Below, piece after piece: positions 11,966 to 24,317 of a stretch of 64,000 nt of DNA. The notes below the pieces were generated by a model, which was given only the letters and a program-made list of their open reading frames with translations, ran no database searches and was not told where the DNA came from. Source of the DNA: Heptranchias perlo (taxonomy: Eukaryota); contig NC_090325.1 in NCBI RefSeq assembly GCF_035084215.1, positions 134,850,001 to 134,914,000 on the forward strand, written 5' to 3'. How positions within the stretch are numbered: the first letter of the stretch is position 1; every line of letters starts with the position of its first letter. The position numbers and the translations under genes were made by a program.

Positions 11966-13769
11966 GGGCTAGAAATTGGGCCATCTAGTGCCTGTTGTTT
12001 TGGTGCTATATGGCCTCCTGAACATTCAAGATGCCGTCTTGGGTGCGCACACACATGCGTTGGACGCCATCTTGGTAAAGGGTTTAGCGCATGCACAAAT
12101 AACGAACACCAGCAGCATGTAAAGTAAGGAGAAAATGCGTTCAATCAGTGTACAACGCTGATTTAAAGTGATAGTCACCATTTTGGGACTTAACGATCCA
12201 CTAAACACAATGTATTAACCACGACCATCTGAATATATCTTAGAGTGCCTGGAGGACTCCCCACCAGTGCTATTTAAAGGGACCATGCAGGATTTTTTTT
12301 TACTCATTCATGGGATGTGCGTGTCGCTGGCAAGGCCGGCATTTATTGCCCATCCCTAATTGCCTTTGAGAAGGTGGTGGTGAGCAGCCTTCTTGAACCG
12401 CTGCAGTCCGTGTGGTGAAGGTTCTCCCACAGTGCTGTTAGGTAGGGAGTTCCAGGATTTTGACCCAGTGACGATGAAGGAACGGCGATATATTTCCAAG
12501 TCAGGATGATGTGTGACTTGGAGGTGACTTGGAGGATTTACAGGTTAGTTGCTGGATAATTGCTTCTGGCTGTTGATGCATTTGTAACTGTTTTTGGAGG
12601 TCTCCTACACTTGAATACTAGGACGAGGTGACATAGCCTAACATTTAGAGTGAGGATGTGCAGGAGTGAAGTTAGGAAACACTTCTACAAGCAAAGGGTG
12701 GGAGAAGTTTGAAACGCTCTTCTGCAGACGGCAGTTGATGCTAGCTCACTTGTGAATTTTAAATCTGAGATTGATAGATTTCTGTGAACCAAAGGTATTA
12801 AGGGATATGGGGCTAAGGTGGGTATATGGAGTTAGGTCACAGGTCCACCATGATCTCATTGAATGGCGGAACAGACTCGATGGGCTAAATACCACTGCCA
12901 CTTGCTGCCTCCTGTTATGCGCCGCCTTCTCCTGCAAGAAAGTGGGACGTGTGTCTGGGTGATGTGCCTGTCATGGTTGAATAGGTGCCAGTATGTGTAG
13001 CCTGTGAGTTGTGGGTGGGCGGCTTGCAACAATGGTAATGTGTAAGGGTGAGAGGAAGCATCTGATTGGAAGAGTTGAGTATTGATTGAAAAAGTTTGTT
13101 GGATGCAGCTAGTGGTGCAATTGGTAGGAGATGCCACTTGACAGTTGACCTCACTCGCCTTGACCGCTCATGTCAAAGCATTGAACTTCTTCCTGCACTG
13201 CATCCATGTTTGTGGTACTATGCGCCTGGCATTGACTTTGTCCCCTACTGCCTCCCACTGCTATTTGAGCATATGTCTGGAGGACCTCTTGCCCCCCCAC
13301 TCGCCCCCACACCCCGTGGATATAGGATGTCCCTCCTTCTGTCCACCTCTTGCACCAAGGCCTCTAGTGCTTCAGCAGAGAACCCTGGGTCATGCACTCT
13401 CGCAGGCCTGGTACCAATTCGACCAGCAGATTGGTGAGGTCCGGCATGCAGATTGGAGAATTTGGGATTTAGTAGTGTGCAACCTTTATTCAATGTTTTA
13501 ACATAACTCATCCATTTGGCTGCTTTTAAGAGATTTTAGCAGGCTGTCAGAGAGACAGCCTGCCTTTAAGAGATTTGGGCTCTCCCTGCTGGTGGAAAGT
13601 GCAAATGTCGTGGAATAGTAGTGACAAGGCCTGGATTTTCCACATGCACAAGGTAAGTTCTGTGGTAGCACGAATGTCTCGTCCTACCTGTGACGGGTCG
13701 ACCGAGCGTGGGTTAATTGCGCAATGCGATGCACGCTCCTGTTTTCGGGGGTTAACCAATTTAACCCCC
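11966..13769 (-). mobile_element. Non-autonomous Harbinger-type element, copy 1, with Myb/SANT remnant and CR1 cargo
   Basis: Imperfect TIRs gggctagaaattgg / ccaatttaaccccc, TSD tat; FSAEALEALVQEVDRRRDILYP; homologous to 19267-20906 and 40237-41931. Confidence 0.8.
12296..12532 (-). mobile_element. Family B LINE 3' end nested in Harbinger copy 1
   Basis: Nearly identical to 55561-55790; poly-T end; TSD aggattt (12289-12295 / 12533-12539); absent from the other two Harbinger copies. Confidence 0.85.
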
Positions 13770-13857
13770 TATGTGTGCAGCATTGAGCTTAAGGCCTCAC
13801 TGGAGGCCTGTATTCAACCTCTGGATTCTGATAATAAACCACTTGAATAGTTTATGT

Positions 13858-14640
13858 CAGCCCAGAAATTACTCACCCTTTCGTCCTCTCTCTCCGCCGG
13901 CGAATCGGTGAAGTAAGTTCACGAATGCGTACAAAACCCGGAAATCGTGAACTTGCTCCCATTGGTTTGACGGCGGTTTGACAGGTCCAAATTAAAGGGC
14001 CATGCTACACTACAATCAATAAAATCATTCAACATTCAGAAACTTACCCATCTGCCCAGTAGGAATGAAGATACTTAACGCCACCAAAAAGTATGCTCAA
14101 AAATACCAGCTCTGCACTACTTTTAAAAGCGTGATGACTGTTAATGACGCGAAGAAACTAAAAATTAAATTTTGAAAATGTGGAATGTCATATTAGTCTT
14201 ATTTTAATATTTTTTGAACATTAAAAAAAATTAAAAATTAAAAATTTACTTTTAACTTTTGTCCGATTAAATTAAATCATTTGCTTGGCTTTTTATAAGA
14301 AGATATGTTAAATTTTTATTTATACTAACATAGGGAAGTTCACTTTAAATGGATGGTCTCTACTTGCCTGCTTGTGGGCGTGACTTCTCTTCCTGACAGA
14401 TTCTGTGGACTGGCTTCCATTCCCACAGTCTGTCCCATACTTACGTTGATTTGGCAACGCACAGCTTGAGAAAACTTCAAGATGGAGGAAGTTGACGTCG
14501 TGGACCCCGCAGTAAGTATATCTATTCCTTTTTCTCGCAGGATGTGCGGAGAGCCTTGCCACACCGCTGTGTGCAATTTCTGGTCCAATGTTAACAGAAC
14601 CATCTGATTGAGTTGCTGCATTGTAACTTAATTTCCAGCC
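13858..14640. mobile_element. Harbinger-type MITE related to 17400-18160
   Basis: Shared internal blocks (aaaaataccag, actaaaaattaa..tttt..aaatgtgga, A-rich tract) in the same order. Confidence 0.6.
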
Positions 14641-15464
14641 ATCTATATCTTACACATATATATTAAATTTGCATGATAAATGAGAAGCTGGCCACCCTGG
14701 CATTAGCAGTCAGAAGTGGTGAGTAAACAAAGTCTGAAGTCAAAATTCGCCACTTCGTAAAGTCTCCTCATAGTTGGTAGAGTTTCTTCTCTATGAATGA
14801 GCCTACACATTATAGAGACCTGAATTGAGCATCTCACAACGCAGTTCTGTTTAATGGAAATACAGATGAAAAATAGTGTCAGCGATGTCTAATAACCCTG
14901 ATGGAATATATTCAGTATACCTAGTCAGGAGGCCCATCTCTGGGGTATCCAAGTCCAGACGAGGCAGACCTTGGGATGATAGGCAATGACGCCATGTGAA
15001 AAATAAACACGAGCAATTCATATAAGTCACAAACAGTCATTAGTTTATTTGCTCCTGTTTTACAGTGAGTGGCTGATATTTTCATGGAATGACCCTTCCT
15101 ACAGCAAACCCATCATACTACAAAGTGAAAGCTTCACTTCCTGCAGTTATTGAATGAGCTGAGGTACAGCATGATTTGATTGGTGGATCCGGATGTCCAC
15201 TTTTCAATCATGAAAGTTATCCTTTGTACCTGTCAATGAACAACGCCAAGATTGCACTGTCCAGGTCAAAACAGGAAGGCTGGCCAACCTACAACCAGCA
15301 CATATCTTGAACATGCATGAGACCCTCATTGTGCCGCTTACTACTAAATCACACATTGATTTTTTCACTCTGAATATCACTGTAAATACAATATAGTACA
15401 GTATATTATATATGGGATGAAGATTGAGATTCTAATGGGCCTGTCACATTTTTTGTTTTTATTT

Positions 15465-15580
15465 CACATTTCCAGTAGGTCTGGTGAGGTGTCTCCAACC
15501 AAAATGTTAACCTACATTCTTTCTTTTCAGTTGCTGACACACCTGCTGTATATTACCACTATTTTCTATTTTTATCATCA
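15465..15580 (+). mobile_element. Degenerate older Penelope-type/hammerhead-derived repeat
   Basis: ctggtga..aaatgttaac...acctgctgtatattacc; similar to 16205-16318. Confidence 0.35.
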
Positions 15581-16204
15581 GAGCTGATCCTAATTAGATT
15601 ACAATCACAGCGAGACAGCTTGTCTCATCAACAGCAGCGCGTGGATGCACCGAGCAGTGCAGATCATTTGTACTTTGTTTTAAATTCACACACTGGGAAT
15701 GATGAGCACCTGCCAAAACAGTGACGTTAGGCACTGTTACTGTCACCTGTGATCTCCTTTGCTTGCCAATGACCAAATCTGATGGGATACCAACAACAGT
15801 TCAGTACTGTCTGCCTGTTTATCAGATCATCAGTACTATACTGATTCCGCACTAAAAACATACTATAAAGACCATCCTACATTTGTTCACACTGACTGCT
15901 GCAAAACCTCCACAAAGTAGTCGTTTCCTGGAGATATGTTATTGCACTTGCCCCAGTGTAATAGCTAGTCTTGCACCTTCATACACATTTATTTTGTGGC
16001 CTATAGTAAACAACAGTAATTGTAGAAAAGTGCAAATGAGTAAATTACTTATGGTAGGTGATCACTTTAATTGTTATGAGAAGAGATGAAACCTTAACCC
16101 TTATGATAAGACAATCTGCTACTCATTGAACAATTAAATAAGAACTAATAAAAGAATAATAAGAATAATTAAAATTAGAGCTCCTCAAACAGTACAGGTA
16201 AAAA

Positions 16205-16318
16205 GACAAAAACTACAAATGCTGGTAGTTCTGCTGAAGGGTAGACAACAGAAATGCTAACTTTCCTTTTCTCTGTATGCATGATGACTGACTTATGAGT
16301 ATTTCCAGCATTTCTCCC
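16205..16318 (+). mobile_element. Degenerate older Penelope-type/hammerhead-derived repeat
   Basis: aaatgctgg ... ctgctgaagggt..gaaatgct ... gagtatttccagcattt, with short inverted ends aaatgctgg/ccagcattt. Confidence 0.4.
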
Positions 16319-16644
16319 TCAGCAGCTCAGTTGGTAAATGCATGGTTTGGTGTGGAACTAAAGCTATGCAGACCATGAAGGTCCCAGGTGCTTTGTTAAC
16401 TAATCTCAGCCAGGGTGGCAAAAAGGATTTTACCATTTGATGAGTGACAATGAAAAACCCTGCCTCATTCCTCTTTTTCAAGAGATAAGTTCAGCGAGTC
16501 TCGCTCTATAATTACATGGAGCTTGGAACTGGAGCGCAGAAACCAGATAAAATCCAAGATTCAGCCGTGTATTCCCATCGCATCCAGCTTCTTCATGAGG
16601 GCCACAAGATGCACTCGGTTAAAACCTTATTTATTATACATTAA

Positions 16645-17090
16645 TCAACCACTTGCATTTATATAGCATCCCAAGGCACTTATTAAATAGACTAAAGGAA
16701 AGCAGATGCTGAGCCAGGAAGGGAGAGATTAGGAGGGATAACCAAATGCTTGGTGGAAGAGATTATTCCTGAGGAGGTTTTTAAAGGTGGGGAGGCAGAG
16801 AGTTCCAAAGAGTAGGGCTAAGACAGCTAAAAGCTTGACCACTAAATGTGAGCAAAAGAAAGGGGAGGATAACCAGATGCTTGGAGTCAGAGGAACATAG
16901 CATTTGGGAGGGAATATAAGCCTCAAGGAGATCAGAGAGATAGGGTGGCAATCCAGTGTACATCAGTTAGGCCAAGGGTGATGGGCGAGTGAGGCAAGAC
17001 AGGATATAACATGTGTGGTAGAGTTTTAAACAAGTTGGAGTTTATGGAGGGTGGAGGATGGGAAGCATGCAAGAAGGGTGTTAGAGTCTC
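16645..17090 (-). mobile_element. L2 LINE 3' fragment
   Basis: GLPPYLSDLLEAYIPSQMLCSSD..GQAFSCLSPTLWNSLP, typical L2 ORF2 C-terminus. Confidence 0.8.
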
Positions 17091-17399
17091 AATGTGTCAA
17101 ATACTGTGGAAAGAATAGAAGGGGATAATAAACCAAGGTCAAAGTCACATAGAATATCTTCCGTGACATCAGCTAGTGCTCTAAACAAGGCAGAAGCATG
17201 CTAAAGTCCATTGCACAACACAGAGTCTCATGGTGCAAACATGTGGGACCAGTTTACTATGTGTATTTTACTGAAACTGTAGGTTTAACCCAATAATACC
17301 CAAATTTTCCTAATGCCATCAGTGGGGGGAAAAAACAGCCACATGGCATGGTACCAGAGAGCCATCTTCACTCGTGAAACTACCCCTGCACGATACAAT

Positions 17400-18160
17400 G
17401 GGGCAGAAATCGCTTGTGAAATAACGACGAGCTCAACAGTGCTCACCATTGTTAGTGACGAAATGGAGGAGCAAGTTCCAACGTTCGCACATGTGCAGTG
17501 AAAAGCGGAAATCCAGAACTTAATCCTGCTGGTTCACGGGCGGTATGACAGCTTCAAATTAAAAGTATATCGCACGCCGCTGTCAGAGAAATCATTGAAA
17601 AAGTGCAAACTTGTTTATCTGCCCAGCTGAAAAGTAACTGATACCGCCACAAATCAGGTACACTTAAAAATACCAGGTCTAAAGTTTTAACAGTCTTAAT
17701 GACTGCCAAACAACTAAAAATTAACTTTTAAAAATGTGGATTCTCATTACTCCTTATTTTAATAGTTTTTGGTCATTTAAAAAAAAATTAAATTAAAATT
17801 TAAGTTTTCTTTTTACTTTTCCCTTCTGTCTGTTTTATTTAATTCAATTACATCTTGCCCTCCCTTTTTGCGCTGTCTATAACTTTTTTTACATTGATTT
17901 TAATGTTGTACCTTTCACTACCTAGTTTAATTTCCAAGCCTGCAGAGAGTTACGCAGCTTGTCAAAAATGCTGCAATCTGATTGATCGAGGGGAGAGATC
18001 GCTCCTCTTGCTTCTCCCAGGGTCCTAGCTTCGCTTGAACTGACGCCGGGCTCTTGTCCGCTTTTTATTTGAGGAAGTGCCCGAAGTAAGTTAGTGGGTT
18101 AGTATAAATTTATGGAGTGGCGAGCAGTGTTGGTTTGCCGCTCTGAGCAATTTCTACCAC
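17400..18160. mobile_element. ~760-bp Harbinger-type MITE
   Basis: TIRs ggggcagaaatcgct / agcaatttctaccac (12/15), TSD aat. Confidence 0.75.
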
Positions 18161-18297
18161 AATGTCTTCAGCAGAGGACGGGATAAAACTGAAAAAAAAA
18201 TTTGCAGTGAAATTATGTTACGCAATTTGGCATATGAAGAGATTAATGCATTTAATTTATTATAGCACTGCTTCTGGGGGCAGTCAAGTATATAAAT

Positions 18298-18495
18298 GTT
18301 AGCTTGTCCCAATGATAGCAGTCTTGCTTCTGAGTCAAAAGGTCAGAGATTCAAGCCATACTGCAGGGGCTTGAGCACACAATCTAAAGTGACACTTCAG
18401 TAAAGGAGTGCCACGCTGTCAGAGGTGCCATCTTTCAAATGAGCTGTTAAACCAAGCCTGCCTGTTCAGGTAGATGTAAAAGATCTCATGGCACA
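18298..18495 (+). mobile_element. 3'-truncated SacSINE1-like SINE
   Basis: Aligns to 8759-8965 (ctgagtca, gacacttcagt, agaggtgccatctttca). Confidence 0.7.
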
Positions 18496-18574
18496 GAAAC
18501 AAGGAAAGCTAAACCAGGAGTACAAGCATACCAGATGGATAGCAATTAAAAAGTAGTTCATTGAAAGTTATCCA

Positions 18575-18835
18575 ATTAGACCCACTCCTCTGCTCTTGCC
18601 CCATAACCATGCAAATTGTTTCCCTTCAAGTATTTATCCAATTCTTTTTTGAAAGTTACGACTGAATCTGCTTCCACCACCCTTTCAGGCAATGCATTCC
18701 AGATCATAACAACTCTCTGTGTAAAAAAATGTTTCCTCATGTCGCCTCTGGTTCTTTCATCAATCACCTTAAACCTGTGTCCTCTGGTTACCGACCCATC
18801 TGCCACTGAAAACAGTTTCTCCTTATTTACTCTAA
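18575..18835 (-). mobile_element. CR1 3' fragment
   Basis: TRGHRFKVI..RKHFFTQRVVMIWNALPERVVEA. Confidence 0.9.
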
Positions 18836-18837
18836 CA

Positions 18838-19090
18838 CGGCCTGTTTCTGCCCCCACCTCAGGCCATCTTCCACGTACATCCTCCTCATTGCATTTGTCA
18901 CCTCCAGACTCAATTAGTCCAATACTCTCCTGGCCAGCCTCCCATCCTCCATCCTCTATAAACTCAATCTCACCCAAAACTCTGCTGCCTGTACCCTATT
19001 GCACACCAAATCCTAATTCCCCATCACCTCTGACCTACACTGGTTCCCATTCCCCCAGTACCTCAAATTTAATATTCTAATCCTTGTTTC
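18838..19090 (+). mobile_element. L2 fragment
   Basis: Pyrimidine-rich L2-like RT C-terminal region (catttgtcacctccagactc..., aaaactctgctgcc, cactggttccc). Confidence 0.6.
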
Positions 19091-19266
19091 ATTTAATCGC
19101 AGTTAACTTGTACAATTTACACATTAATTTTTTAACGCACATTAATCACAGAAGTTAAGCGGAGAGTACCAAGTTAGCAATTTTAAGTTAATTACAATTT
19201 TAATTACAATCAATCATTGCCTTGACACAATCATTCATTGACCTCCCAGACCATGCAAAACTTATC

Positions 19267-20906
19267 GGGGAAAAAAAAATTGGATGGGGCCATTTTTGGA
19301 CATAGGTAGCGTGATGTGCTATTACCCCATGTTCAATGGCCCCTGCGCAGGCAGGACGCAAGTTTCGGCCACCCGAGGACTTACCTGCAATCAGCGTTCC
19401 ATTCCAGGCCTTGCATGTGGAATCAATGCAATTCGGATTTTCCCACCTGGGGAGCTCAATCTCTTGAAGGGAGGATGTTTCTTAGAAATCTCTTAAAGGT
19501 AGCTGGCACCTGTCATTTGCTGAAAATAACAGTACGTAGTCTGAACAGGGATCAGACATCGCACACATAAAACACAGATGCAGATCCCATCCCTATGTTT
19601 AAACACTGATGAGTTTTGTTAAAACATTGAATAAGGTTGCGCACTACTAAATCCCACATCCTCCAATCTGCACACCAGACTTCACCAATCTGCCGATCTG
19701 AGTTGGTACCAGGCCTGCGAGAGTGCATGCACCAAGGTTCTCTCCTGATGCAGTAGAGACCTTGGGTGCAAGAGGTGGACAGAACGAGGGTCATCCTATA
19801 TCTGCAGGGAGAGCAAGAGGCCCTCCAGACACATACTCAAAAGGCAGTGGGAGGCAGCGGGGGATGAAGTCAATGCCAGGTGCACAGCATCATGAACATG
19901 GATGCAGTGCAGGAAGAAGTTCAATGCTTTGACATGAGTGGTCAAGGTGAGTGAGGTCAACTGGCAAGTGGTGTCTCATACCAACTGCTCCACGCACTAC
20001 ACCCCCCCATCACCCACATACCAATAAACTCTTTCCATCAGTACTCAACTATTCCAATCAAATGCTCCCTCTCAGCCTTACACATTACCACTGTTTCAAG
20101 CCGCCCACCTTCAACTCACAGGCCTACACTGGCAGCTATTCAACCATGACAGGCATATCACCCAGACACATGTCCCGCTTTTTTGAAGGAGAAGGTGGCG
20201 CATATCAAGAGCCAGCAAGTGGCAGTAGCATTTAGCTCCTCGAGCCTGTTCCACCATTCAATGAGATCATGGTGGACCTGTGACCTAACTCCATATACCA
20301 TTAATACTCTTGGTTCACAGAAATCTTTCAATCTCAGATTTAACATTCACAAGTGAGCTAGCATCAACTGCCGTCTGCAGAAGAGCAGTCCATACGTCTC
20401 CCACCCTTTGCGAGTAGAAGCATTTCCTAACTTCACTCCTGCACATCCTTACTCTTAATGTTAAGCTATGTCCCTGCGTCCTAGTATTGAAGACTAGGAG
20501 ACCTCCAAAAACAGTTACAGATGTTTTGGCAGCCAGAAGCAATAATCCAGCCACTAATATGTAAATCCTGCATTGTGCCTTTAAATAGCGCTGGTGGGAC
20601 GTCCTCCAGGCACTCTAAGACACGTTCAGATGGTCGGGGTTAAGACTGTGCGTTGATTGAGCGTTAAGTCCCAAAATGTTGTCTATCACTTTAAATTAGC
20701 GTTGCACACTGATTGAAGCCATTTTCTCCCTACTTTACATGATTCCAGCGTTCGTTATCTGCGCCTGCGCAAACTCCTATACCAATATGGCGTCTGGCGC
20801 ACGTCACGCAGGAAACGTGCGTGCGCATCCAAGACGCCAACTTGGATATCAGAGAGGCCGTGTGGCGCCGAAACATCGGGCGCTACATGGCCCAATTTAG
20901 CACCCC
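19267..20906 (+). mobile_element. Non-autonomous Harbinger-type element, copy 2 (inverted relative to copies 1 and 3)
   Basis: MHAPRFSPDA...; intron GT 19947 .. AG 20188 followed by EKVAH; CR1 cargo ~20230-20497; terminus cccaatttagcacccc. Confidence 0.8.
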
Positions 20907-20913
20907 ATATGTC

Positions 20914-23758
20914 TGAAGAAAAAAGAAATAGGAAATCAGAGTAAACATCAGACCAAGTTAAGGAATAAGGGTAACATAAACGGTCAGGGAACAAATACAG
21001 TTTTAGAACATAAGTGCAAATGACTGTTTAAAAAAAGGGAGGGGAACAATTACTAAAAACAAATTAATTTGCCAGTACAGCAATGTGCACAGCATTTGAA
21101 ACAAAACAGGGGAACTGGAGGCAATAATTCATAGCGAGGAGCCAGACATGGTAGGGTAACTGAAACATGGTTACCTGAGGATCAGGACTGGCAGTTAAAT
21201 ATTGCAGGATATAATGTATTTAGAAAGGAAAGGAAAGGAAGAAGGTGGGTAGGCTAGCTCTACTAATTAGAGACAACATAATGACAATAGAAAAAAGGGA
21301 CATAAGTAACATTAAGATAGAAACAGAATCCACATGGATTAAGACAAAAGACAAGAAGGGATCGATCGCATTAATAGGTCTATTCTACAGACCACCTAAT
21401 AGTGGAAGGGAAGTGGAGGAAGAAATATGTAGACAAATCTATGAAATGAGTAAAAAGCATCAAATAACAATCTCGGGAGATTTTAACTATCTCCAAATAA
21501 ATTGGCAAGACGAGGTAGAGAAAGGAGAAAATGGAATGGAGTTTTTACAGTGTCTACATGACTTCTTTATACCCAGTATGTGAGAAGACTAACAAGAGAG
21601 ATATAACTGCTGGCTCTAACAATGGGAAATCAATCAGAACAGATATGAGAAGTAAGCATAGGGGAACATCTAGACAATAGCAATCACAACATAACAAGGT
21701 TTAAAATAATGATTGAGAAAGACATAAGATAAAGCCCAAAGTAATAGATTGGAAAAAAGCAAATTTTGAGGGGATGAGAATGGAACTAGGGAAGGTAAAC
21801 TGGAAAAAAATTTTGATAAAGAAATAAAACAGCGGTGGATAATATTCAAAACGGTGATCAATAGAGTTCAAGAGAAATATATTCCTCTAAAAAGTAAGAA
21901 CAAACTAGCCAATAATGAAACACCATGGATGAATAAAGAGATAAGTGTAAAATTGAAACTAAAGGAAAACACTAAGTACATAGACGATAAAGGAGAGGAG
22001 GGCTAAAGGGAATATGAAAAGGTTAGAAATAGAGTCAAAAAAGCAATTAGGAAAGCAAAGAGGAACTGCAAGATTAAATTATTAAGGAATATAAAAAGAA
22101 ATAGTAAAGTATTCTAAAGACACACAAATAACAAAAGAAAAATCAGGGATGCACAAGATAAACTCACAGGTAATGACATCAAAATGGCAGAAATGTTGAA
22201 TAGCTGCTTTGCCTCCATATTTACCAAGGAGACTAACATGATGGGCATGACATTAAAAGAAGAGGTCGAAAAAGATATTAAAACATTTAAGATAGAAAGG
22301 GGGGAGATAATTGATAAACTAATCAAACTAAGGGAGGATAAGACTCCAGGTCTGGATGGATTGCATCCACGAATATTAAAAGGTTAGGGAGGAGATAGCA
22401 GAGGCACTATTACATACATATAATAATTCACTAGAAAAGGGAAAAGTCCCAGAGGACTGGCGGACAGCTAATGTTATTCCTATATTTAAAAAGGGAGATA
22501 GAACAAGTCCAGGGAACTATAGGCCAGTTAGCTTAACGTCAGTGGTAGGAAAGATAATGGAATATTTACTCAAAGATGTAATAGAAAGACATCTACAGAA
22601 TGAAAATATGATTAAGAATAGTCAGCAGGGATTTCAGAGGGGCAAATCATGGTTGACAAACCTTACTGAATTCTTTGAAGAAGTAACAGAAAGAGTAGGC
22701 AAGGGTAATGCAGTAGATGTAATATAATTGGATTATCAAAAGGCCTTAGATAAGGTACTGCATTATAGACTCATGGCTAAGGTCAGAGCACATGGAGCCA
22801 GGAGACGGATAGCAGAATGGATAGCAAGCTAGCTATAAAACAGAAGACAGAGTGTAGCGGTTAAGGGTAGCTACTCAGACTGGCAAAAGATGGGAAGTGG
22901 TGTAACACAGGGATTGGTGCTGGGATCATTGCTAGTCACAATTTACATTAACAATTTGGATTCAGGAATTGGAAGTACAATTTCAAAGTTTGCGGACGGC
23001 ATCAAATTGGGAGGTATAGTTAATACAAAGGAAGAATGTGTCAAAATGCAAGAGGACATTAATAAACTTGCAGAATGGGCATGTAATTGGCAAATTAATT
23101 TCAATAAAGAGTAGTGAGACTGAGGAAGGCAAATGGTATGTTAGCCTTTATTGCAAGGGGGTTGGAGTATAAGAACAAGGAGGTCTTGCTATGATTATAT
23201 AGGGCTCGGTTGAGACCACACCTGGAGTACTGTGTACAGTTTTAGTCTCCTTACTTGAGGAAGAATATACTTGCCTTAGAGGGGGTGCAACAAAGGTTCA
23301 CTCGATTGATTCCTGGGATGAGAGGGTTGTCCTAAGAGGAGAGATTGAGTAAAATGGGCCTATACTCTCTGGAGTTTAGAAGAATGAGAGGTGATCTCAT
23401 TGAAATGTATAAAATTCGAGAGGCTATTTCCCCTAGCTGAAGAGTCTAGAATTAGAGGTCATTGTCTCAAGATAAGGGGTCGGCCATTTAGGACCAAGAT
23501 GAGGAAAAGTTTCTTCACTCAGAGGGTTGTGAATCTTTGGAATTCTCTACCCCAGAGGGCTGTGGGTGCTCAGTCATTGAGTATATTCAAGACTGAGATT
23601 GATGGATATTTGGACACTAAGGAATCAAGGGATATGTGGACAGGGTGGGAAAGTGGAGTTGAGGTAGAAGATCAGCCATGATCTTACTGAATGGCAGAGC
23701 AGGCTCGAGCAGCCGTATGGCCCAATCCTGCTCCTATTTCTTATGTTCTTATGTTCTT
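20914..23758 (+). mobile_element. Decayed CR1 LINE ORF2 (APE + RT) with 3'UTR; internal junction near 23115
   Basis: FYRPPNS, GDFNY, TNLTEFFEEVT, KFADGIKL motifs with many stops; (ttatgttc)n tail. Confidence 0.92.
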
Positions 23759-23759
23759 A

Positions 23760-23945
23760 AATAGCATAGATGCATTTAAGGGGAAGCTAGATAAGCACAT
23801 GAGGAAGAAAGGAATAGAAAGGCATCCTGATAGGGTTAGATGAAGTAGGAAGGGAAGAGGCTCGTGTGGAGCATAAACACCGGCGTAGACTAGTTGGGCC
23901 GAATGGCCTGTTTCTTAGCTGTAGTTTTGATGTAACTCAATGTAA
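23760..23945 (+). mobile_element. 3' end of another CR1-type family
   Basis: gatgcatttaaggggaagctagataag...gttgggccgaatggcctgtttct; same family as 39852-39964 and 34455-34610. Confidence 0.7.
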
Positions 23946-24214
23946 CCCGAGGTACAAATATGTGCTAAGCCAGTGACAATCTTCAAATCATAGTAAGAGG
24001 AAGCTTTGTCATGAAATTTCATATATTTAACTCTAGGGATAGATTTTCTCATGGTGTCCCCAATTGGGCATTGCTCAGATGATAGATACATTATTTGCAT
24101 TCACCCTGCCTCTAGTAACCTGACGCTGAATGATTTTATGGGTGTAATTTCACATACATAATTTAGATGAGCTCCCAGTCCATACTGGGAGCTCGTCAGA
24201 GGGCAGGAAATCAT

Positions 24215-24317
24215 GGGGGCAAATTTCCTCGGAGCTGCTCCCACTTCACCGGAAGTGGGGCTGAAGCCCTGTTTACAAGTGGGTCACCGGGAGCAGCTCC
24301 GAGGAAATTTCCAGCCC
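24215..24317. mobile_element. ~100-bp hairpin MITE
   Basis: Perfect 22-bp inverted repeat aaatttcctcggagctgctccc (24221-24242 / 24289-24310); catg at both junctions. Confidence 0.8.
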
